64,000 bases of DNA. It comes from Clostridia bacterium (GTDB lineage: Bacteria > Bacillota > Clostridia > TANB77 > CAG-508). The stretch lies in contig CAAEUE010000014.1 in the NCBI GenBank assembly GCA_900759015.1, forward strand, positions 22,904 through 86,903, written 5' to 3'. Shown piece by piece: positions 58,767 through 64,000 of the stretch (positions are counted from its first letter, which is position 1; each line of letters opens with the position of its first letter). Position numbers and translations under genes: made by a program. Below the pieces are notes generated by a model. That model worked only from the letters and a program-made list of their open reading frames with translations, was not told the DNA's origin and ran no database searches.

Positions 58767-59657
58767 ATGATTTTAAATGTAAGTGGAAGAACTGATATAG
58801 TAGCTTTTTACACAGAATGGTTTATGAACAGGTATAAAGAAGGTTTTTTTGACGTAAGAAATCCTTTTTATAACCAGCAAGTTAGTAGAATATATATGGA
58901 AGATGTCGATGCTATCTTATTTTGTACAAAAAATCCAATGCCAATAATTCCATATTTAAAAGAAATAGAAAAGCCAATATTATTTCATGTTACTTTAACT
59001 CCATATAAAAGTGATATTGAACCAGGTGTTCCAGATAAAAGAAAAATAGTAGAAGCAATAAAGGAAATTTCGAAGATAGTAGGAATAGATAATATATACG
59101 TAAGATATGATCCAATATTTATAAGTGATAAATACACTATAGAATATCATATAAAAGCCTTTAATCACTTATGCGAGTTATTAAATGGATGTATAAAGCA
59201 TTTTATTGTATCATTTATTGATGATTATAAAAATGTTAGAAATAATTATAAATTTTTAAGATTAAAAGATTTTAAAGAAAGTGATTATGAAGCAATAGGA
59301 AAGAACTTTAGTAAGAGTGCCAAAGAAAACGGAATGACTGTACAAACTTGTTTTGAAGAGAGAAATTTGGTGGAATATGGTTTTATACAAGCAGATTGTC
59401 TAGGAAAAGAGTTGGCAGAAAGACTAACTGGAAAAACTAAATTCAAAAAATGGAAAGCACGTAGTGGTGGAAAGTGTAATTGCGTAGAAATGGCAGATAT
59501 AGGCGCATATAATACGTGTAAGCATTTTTGCAAATATTGCTATGCAAATTATGATGAAAAAATTGTAGCACAAAATAATAAATTACATGATGTAAATTCA
59601 TCTTTATTAATAGGCAAACTAGCAGAGGACGATATAATTAAAAGAAGAAAAAATTAA
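58767..59657 (+). CDS. DUF1848-family protein (C-terminal Cys cluster)
   Basis: NVSGRTDIVAFYTEWF...VDAILFCTKNP...YDPIF pattern plus C-terminal CNC...C...CKYC. Confidence 0.55.
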   Translation: MILNVSGRTDIVAFYTEWFMNRYKEGFFDVRNPFYNQQVSRIYMEDVDAILFCTKNPMPIIPYLKEIEKPILFHVTLTPYKSDIEPGVPDKRKIVEAIKEISKIVGIDNIYVRYDPIFISDKYTIEYHIKAFNHLCELLNGCIKHFIVSFIDDYKNVRNNYKFLRLKDFKESDYEAIGKNFSKSAKENGMTVQTCFEERNLVEYGFIQADCLGKELAERLTGKTKFKKWKARSGGKCNCVEMADIGAYNTCKHFCKYCYANYDEKIVAQNNKLHDVNSSLLIGKLAEDDIIKRRKN

Positions 59658-59712
59658 AAAATATGTAACAAAAATAAAGTTTTTAACACTAATAAAATGA
59701 AAGGGGGAAATT

Positions 59713-60210
59713 ATGCAGGATATAGAAGAGATTTATAATAATTATGCTCAAATAGTATATAAATACATATTCTGCTTAACCAAAAATAAAGAATTAAGTG
59801 AAGATATAGTACAAGAAACTTTCTTAGTAGCTGTTAAAAACATAAATAAATTTAGAGGAGAAAGTAAGATTTCTACATGGCTGTGTCAAATTGCAAAATT
59901 TATTTTGTATAAAGACATAAGAAAAAAAGAAAAGCAAAAAAATATATCTTTAGAAGATGTAGAAAATGAACTTATAACAGAAAATTCACTGGAAGAAAAT
60001 ATATTTTTACAAGAGGATAAGCTAGATTTATTAAAGAAAATTCAAAAGCTAAATGATGAAACAAAAAGCGTAATGTATTTAAAATTATTAGGTGGGCTAA
60101 AAAATGAAGAAATAGCAGAAGTAATGAATAAAACACCAAACTGGGTAAGAGTTACATATTTTAGAGGAAAGCAAAAAATAAAGGAGGATAAAGATGAAAA
60201 ACGAATGTGA
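59713..60210 (+). CDS. ECF (sigma-70 family) RNA polymerase sigma factor
   Basis: Region 2 (IVQETFLVAVKNINKF) and region 4 HTH (EEIAEVMNKTPNWVRVTYFRGKQKI). Confidence 0.85.
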   Translation: MQDIEEIYNNYAQIVYKYIFCLTKNKELSEDIVQETFLVAVKNINKFRGESKISTWLCQIAKFILYKDIRKKEKQKNISLEDVENELITENSLEENIFLQEDKLDLLKKIQKLNDETKSVMYLKLLGGLKNEEIAEVMNKTPNWVRVTYFRGKQKIKEDKDEKRM

Positions 60211-60859
60211 TATCGTTCAAGATTTACTATTTAGTTATAAAGATGGATGTTTAAAACAAGGTTCAAAAGAATTTGTAGAAAAACATTTAAAAAAATGTGA
60301 GAATTGTGCAAAAGTATATTCAGAAATGAATAATGAAGAAGAGCAATCTGATATTCCAAAAGATGAAATTGATTATTTAAAAAAGATAAAAAAGAAGATG
60401 AAAAAGAAAACAAAAATTATTATAGCGATTTCTGTTATATTAATTATTTTTATTATTTTGAATATTGCTGTATTCATTAATTATGATAAATATATAAGTG
60501 AAATGACAATATTTTTAGAAGATTCAATAACAGATGAAGAGCGAGCAGAGATAGAAAATGTAATAAAAGAAACAGATAAAAATGCTGAAATTACATATAA
60601 ATCAAAAGAAGATGCATTAAATAATATGAAGCAACAGTTTGCAGATAGACAAGATTTATTAACAGGATATGAAGGAGAGAATAATATATTTCCAGCATAT
60701 TATGAAGTAAATTCAAATAAAAAAGCGATTGAAGAGATAGAAGCAAAATTAATTAATAATGAAAAAATTAAAAATATAAGTAGTAGTAAAGGTGTAAATC
60801 CATATGAATTATTTTTTATGCAATATGTATATGTTCCATTAACAGGAAAAAATAAATAA
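60194..60859 (+). CDS. anti-sigma factor (zf-HC2 type) with TM helix and extracytoplasmic domain
   Basis: Overlaps the sigma gene by 17 nt. HLKKCENC zinc motif, one TM and an ~120-aa external domain. Confidence 0.7.
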   Translation: MKNECDIVQDLLFSYKDGCLKQGSKEFVEKHLKKCENCAKVYSEMNNEEEQSDIPKDEIDYLKKIKKKMKKKTKIIIAISVILIIFIILNIAVFINYDKYISEMTIFLEDSITDEERAEIENVIKETDKNAEITYKSKEDALNNMKQQFADRQDLLTGYEGENNIFPAYYEVNSNKKAIEEIEAKLINNEKIKNISSSKGVNPYELFFMQYVYVPLTGKNK

Positions 60860-60862
60860 AGT

Positions 60863-60915
60863 AACGCCCCTCTACACAGAAAGAAATTTATTTCTTGTGT
60901 AGAGGGGCGTTTTAT
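60863..60915. terminator. long GC-rich perfect hairpin, bidirectional terminator and left border of the GC-rich islet
   Basis: aacgcccctctacacagaaag...ctttctgtgtagaggggcgtt, a 20-bp stem. Confidence 0.75.
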
Positions 60916-60921
60916 GAGACC

Positions 60922-61887
60922 TTAAGCAACGTAGAAGTTGTTAAATGGATCTCGTATGGTTTCCTGCAGACCGATTAGGTCCAGAGTTTCCCCATTTTTG
61001 GAGAAGTATGAGTCTAGTTTGACCTTTTCTGGATCAAAGACAACCTTTATAGCAGTTTGCCTTTTTTCTTCGGCTTCCCGCTCTTCTGGGGTGAGTTCTT
61101 TGCTGGTGTCTGCTCCATATCTTTCATCTTTGTGTGAAAGATGTGTTGCAACATATTCTGCGTGGAAGTGGCTAGCAAATGTCCTTAATTGGACTTCGAT
61201 TGTTAAGCCACTCTTTGTTACAAACACCATATGAAGAGCTTGATAGCCCTTCTTTTTAGGAGCAACAAAATAGTCTTTGACATATTTTGCATATTCCGGG
61301 TAAATGAGCCCCTTTTGGGGAACATATACCTTTGGGAAAAGTTCCTGATTAAAGCCAAGGCCATTTTGTGGAGATGGCTTTATCAACTGGTAACCCTTCC
61401 GTATGACGAAGAAGGCGATTACATTGTTAGCTACTTCGTAGAGTTGACTAATTGACTTTTCATCATCATATCGGCTTGTTCCTATTACTATCCTGAAGCC
61501 CAACTCGTCGTTGATAGAGTATGGATCAAGACCATCATAGATGAATGTTCGTACTTTCTCTAAAAATGCGACATAGTTTTTTAGTCGGCCAGAAATGGAA
61601 CAAGGAATCTTTAGACTTGCTAAAAATTTTTTTAATTCAATAATCTCCTGTTCCAATTCCGCTAAGGAACTGTAATTATAATAGCGGTTCAAGTAGTTTT
61701 CGAGCTTCGTGTGATACATGTCCAAATAATTTGGTATGAATTCATTCCCACGAAGCTTGTCTGCTTCGCTCATTACTTCATCTAGATACAGGCGTTGAAC
61801 CTGTATTAGTGAACCAACTCCCCGATAGAGGATTGGGGAAACATCTGGAAACCAGATGTTTTGCACGGTTTGTACTTTGTCGGACAT
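60922..61887 (-). CDS. RelA/SpoT-domain nucleotidyltransferase (small alarmone synthetase / toxSAS-like), 321 aa, on a ~40% GC islet
   Basis: Synthetase motifs SGRLKN (G[RK]xK), ELGFRIV (DxxGxRI), GYQALH...EVQLRT and HAEY. RBS AGGAGG 8 nt before the ATG at 61887. The ORF-track start at 62142 has no RBS. Confidence 0.8.
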   Translation of the reverse strand: MSDKVQTVQNIWFPDVSPILYRGVGSLIQVQRLYLDEVMSEADKLRGNEFIPNYLDMYHTKLENYLNRYYNYSSLAELEQEIIELKKFLASLKIPCSISGRLKNYVAFLEKVRTFIYDGLDPYSINDELGFRIVIGTSRYDDEKSISQLYEVANNVIAFFVIRKGYQLIKPSPQNGLGFNQELFPKVYVPQKGLIYPEYAKYVKDYFVAPKKKGYQALHMVFVTKSGLTIEVQLRTFASHFHAEYVATHLSHKDERYGADTSKELTPEEREAEEKRQTAIKVVFDPEKVKLDSYFSKNGETLDLIGLQETIRDPFNNFYVA

Positions 61888-62095
61888 AAATTGTCCTCCT
61901 TTCTTTAATTCAATAGTTTTTGGTCTATATATTATATCACATTTACATAAAAAAGTAAAAAATAAAAATTTAGCAATATTAAGTAATAACGAAAATATAC
62001 AAATATAATGTATATATTGTTCTAGACTATTATGTAAATTTGTGGTAAAATAGTTAAGATAACATGTAAACCAAGCTATAAAGAGAGGTAAGAGT

Positions 62096-62371
62096 ATGAA
62101 ACAAAAAGAAACAACAAATTGGGAACAAGTTAAAGAAAGCAACGCTAAAAAATTTGCCGAAGATTGGGCAAATGAGATGGAGCGGATGCTAAATGAGGAT
62201 GCGACGTTGACAATAGAAGATGTGGCGTTTGAAGCGTTTGAAAGCTGTCTTCAGAAGAATTCCATTACTGGACAGGAAGAGTATGAAGCAGCGGGCCTCT
62301 TGGGGCAATACTGGTATAAAGGCAATGCCTTGTATCAGTTATGGATTGATGGCGGGATAATTCCCGATTAA
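62096..62371 (+). CDS. hypothetical acidic protein (91 aa), divergent from the RelA/SpoT gene
   Basis: RBS AGAGAGG. About 40% GC. Confidence 0.5.
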   Translation: MKQKETTNWEQVKESNAKKFAEDWANEMERMLNEDATLTIEDVAFEAFESCLQKNSITGQEEYEAAGLLGQYWYKGNALYQLWIDGGIIPD

Positions 62372-62477
62372 GGCATTAAAAATGGGGGATATTTTCTTTT
62401 TGGAGGAGATATCCCCTCTATTTTTATATAAAATATGTTATAATATATAAGATTTTTGTTGAACAAGGAGGTAGCAT

Positions 62478-63140
62478 ATGAAAGTAATTAACATCAGAAA
62501 AAACGATTCATCAAGAGGGGCTCTTATACGGTTAGAGGGACTTCAAGGCGAAATCTGCGTAACATATTCAGACGGTGAATTAGAACTTTTACCACCACTA
62601 GATATGGATTTGCTAGAATTTGCAAAATTGATACAGCATTCTTTTGAGGGTAAAATTGATATTCTTCCGAAAGCAGAAGAATACTTTGAAGCAAAAATTT
62701 CATCTATATCATTCGTTTTTAAGGGCATAGGCATTACTGTAAATGCTGAAAATTCTAACTGGTATAATACGATTAAAGCGTATACAATTGGAAAGGAAAA
62801 AGCCCAATATCCAGACTCATTTATAGTTAAGCTGGATGAAGCAACAGAAATGTTTTATAAAAGCAAAGATGCACGTGAAGTATGGATGAATACTATAGGA
62901 TGTAAAAATTATGAGACCATATTAAATGTTGCTCGTAGATGGGCGAAATTGATGCAATTCTATATGAAAGAGGAGCATCGGAAACTGGAAGACATTGTAG
63001 AAGAGTCATATAAACAGGCAGTGCTCAATGAAGATTCTGAAACTACAAGATTACTTGCTACAGATGCATTAGTTTTGTGCTGGAAGTATGGTACTGAACT
63101 AAAAGAATATCTTTCGACTAAGAAAGATAGAACGGCCTAA
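62478..63140 (+). CDS. hypothetical protein (220 aa), about 40% GC
   Basis: RBS AAGGAGG 6 nt upstream. No recognisable motif. Confidence 0.55.
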   Translation: MKVINIRKNDSSRGALIRLEGLQGEICVTYSDGELELLPPLDMDLLEFAKLIQHSFEGKIDILPKAEEYFEAKISSISFVFKGIGITVNAENSNWYNTIKAYTIGKEKAQYPDSFIVKLDEATEMFYKSKDAREVWMNTIGCKNYETILNVARRWAKLMQFYMKEEHRKLEDIVEESYKQAVLNEDSETTRLLATDALVLCWKYGTELKEYLSTKKDRTA

Positions 63141-63157
63141 TGGCCGTTTTTTTATTG
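63133..63157 (+). terminator. terminator overlapping the stop of the 62478 gene
   Basis: acggcctaatggccgt then T7. Confidence 0.7.
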
Positions 63158-63163
63158 CGGTAG

Positions 63164-63203
63164 AAAAATCGAAAATTTTTCTGGAACAACAAGATTAAGC
63201 TAA
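63164..63203. repeat. copy of the GAAAAATCGA...ACAAGATTAAG element (right border of the islet)
   Basis: gaaaaatcgaaaatttttctggaacaacaagattaagcta, compared with 45125-45165. Confidence 0.6.
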
Positions 63204-63277
63204 TATATTCGTAAAAATTGTAAAGCTACTTTTATTATAAGAATAAAACGCTGATATATAAACGATTAAAATGATAT

Positions 63278-63318
63278 ACCCCTATATTGACTGAATACCT
63301 ATATAGGGTATATTATAT
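63278..63318 (+). promoter_or_regulatory. candidate CsoR operator (GC-rich pseudo-palindromes ATACCCCTATA / ATACCTATATAGGGTAT)
   Basis: CsoR operators are ATACCC...GGGTAT-type palindromes. It lies 17 nt upstream of the csoR RBS. Confidence 0.5.
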
Positions 63319-63334
63319 ATCAAGAGGTGATTAA

Positions 63335-63634
63335 ATGAATAAAGAATGTTGCAATAACAAAAAGACAGTAAGAAGCGAAGACGAAAAGAAAATAATAAAT
63401 AATAGATTAAATAGAATAGAGGGGCAAGTCAAAGGCATAAAAAATATGGTAGCAGAAGACAGATATTGTAATGATATACTAATTCAGCTATCTGCAATAG
63501 AAAGTTCAATAAAAAGTTTATCTATGCATATATTAGAAAATCACTTATATTCATGTATTACAGACAGTATAGAAAAAAAGGATACAGAAGTAATAGATGA
63601 ACTTATGAGTTTATTTAAAAGATTTAATAAATAG
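63335..63634 (+). CDS. csoR: copper-sensing repressor CsoR (CsoR/RcnR family)
   Basis: RLNRIEGQVKGIKNMVAEDRYCNDILIQLSAI...H..C signature (C-H-C Cu site). Confidence 0.85.
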   Translation: MNKECCNNKKTVRSEDEKKIINNRLNRIEGQVKGIKNMVAEDRYCNDILIQLSAIESSIKSLSMHILENHLYSCITDSIEKKDTEVIDELMSLFKRFNK

Positions 63635-63691
63635 TACATTAATAAAAAATGTATATTTATAAATTATAGAAAGATATAAGGAGGAATAAAA

Positions 63692-63895
63692 ATGAATGAA
63701 ATTATTTTAAATGTAGAAGGTATGATGTGTGGAGGATGCGAAAAGAGAATAGAAAATGCATTAGGAGATGTTAAAGCTATAAAAAATGTAAAAGCAAATC
63801 ATGAAGATGGAACAGTAAAAATAGAAAGTAAAAAAGAAATAGATATGGATGTAGTTAAAGAAAAAATAGAAAATTTAGGATTTAAAGTAAAATAG
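63692..63895 (+). CDS. copZ: copper chaperone CopZ (heavy-metal-associated domain)
   Basis: MMCGGCEKRIE (MxCxxC) in a 67-aa ferredoxin-like fold. Confidence 0.85.
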   Translation: MNEIILNVEGMMCGGCEKRIENALGDVKAIKNVKANHEDGTVKIESKKEIDMDVVKEKIENLGFKVK

Positions 63896-64000
63896 GAAAT
63901 AGGGACAAAGAAATATAGAATAGGGAGAAGCAAAATAGAAAAATGGGAAAATAGAGAAAAAGGGAAATAGGGAAATAGGGACGGTGTTAAAATCCCGAAT
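63896..64000. repeat. degenerate AATAGGGA tandem repeats ending in a GGGACG-family unit (tagggacggtgttaaaatccc); truncated by the window end
   Basis: gaaataggga...gaataggga...gggaaatagggaaataggga cggtgttaaaatccc. Confidence 0.6.

Noticed and set aside
58767-59657. Spore photoproduct lyase / radical SAM enzyme
   Set aside because: The Cys cluster is C-terminal (CNC..C..CKYC) rather than an N-terminal CxxxCxxC. The overall pattern fits DUF1848 instead.
63896-64000. Possible CRISPR or minisatellite at the window end
   Set aside because: These are irregular AATAGGGA repeats without spacer structure. The terminal unit is a GGGACG-family repeat. It is treated as a degenerate repeat cluster.

Overview
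This is a 64-kb window from a very AT-rich, low-GC Firmicute chromosome that looks Clostridium-like (backbone roughly 27-30% GC by eye). It has strong GGAGG-type ribosome-binding sites, rho-independent terminators and T-box leaders. The backbone carries recognisable housekeeping genes: serS, lexA, an ABC exporter pair, ctsR-mcsA-mcsB-clpC, dapB-dapA and asd, ileS, queA, tgt, tyrS, a Fur/PerR-family regulator with a reverse rubrerythrin, tRNA-Leu(UAA), murF-ddl, an ECF sigma/anti-sigma pair and csoR-copZ. Three kinds of structure sit on top of this. (1) A dispersed family of short palindromic intergenic repeats with a conserved GGGACG(T/G) loop and GGGATTT/AAATCCC or GAACTTT/AAAGTTC stems occurs at 10 or more loci, including a locally amplified 19-bp tandem array. 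(2) Several compact islets with visibly higher GC (about 40%), each 1-3 ORFs with their own promoters and terminators, usually lie next to those repeats. They include a RelA/SpoT-domain (small-alarmone-synthetase/toxSAS-like) gene with two unknown partners (60.9-63.2 kb), three unknown genes after clpC of which two share an N-terminal motif and duplicated promoters (21.3-23.3 kb), and a two-gene islet between the serS T-box and the lexA promoter. (3) A tRNA-Leu-anchored accessory segment (48.7-54.0 kb) encodes a 627-aa protein with a predicted PH-like N-terminal domain and a glycine-zipper membrane region, a DUF4160 pseudogene and a Sel1-repeat protein. Other notable items are an ADP-ribosylglycohydrolase-macro fusion beside a dGTPase, a MurF with an unusual polytopic N-terminal extension, a roughly 280-bp segmental duplication creating a pseudogene copy of a P-loop kinase 5' end, and an alpha/beta hydrolase whose expected ATG start reads ATA. 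Functional calls for the unknown islets are hypotheses. Nothing here was searched against databases.
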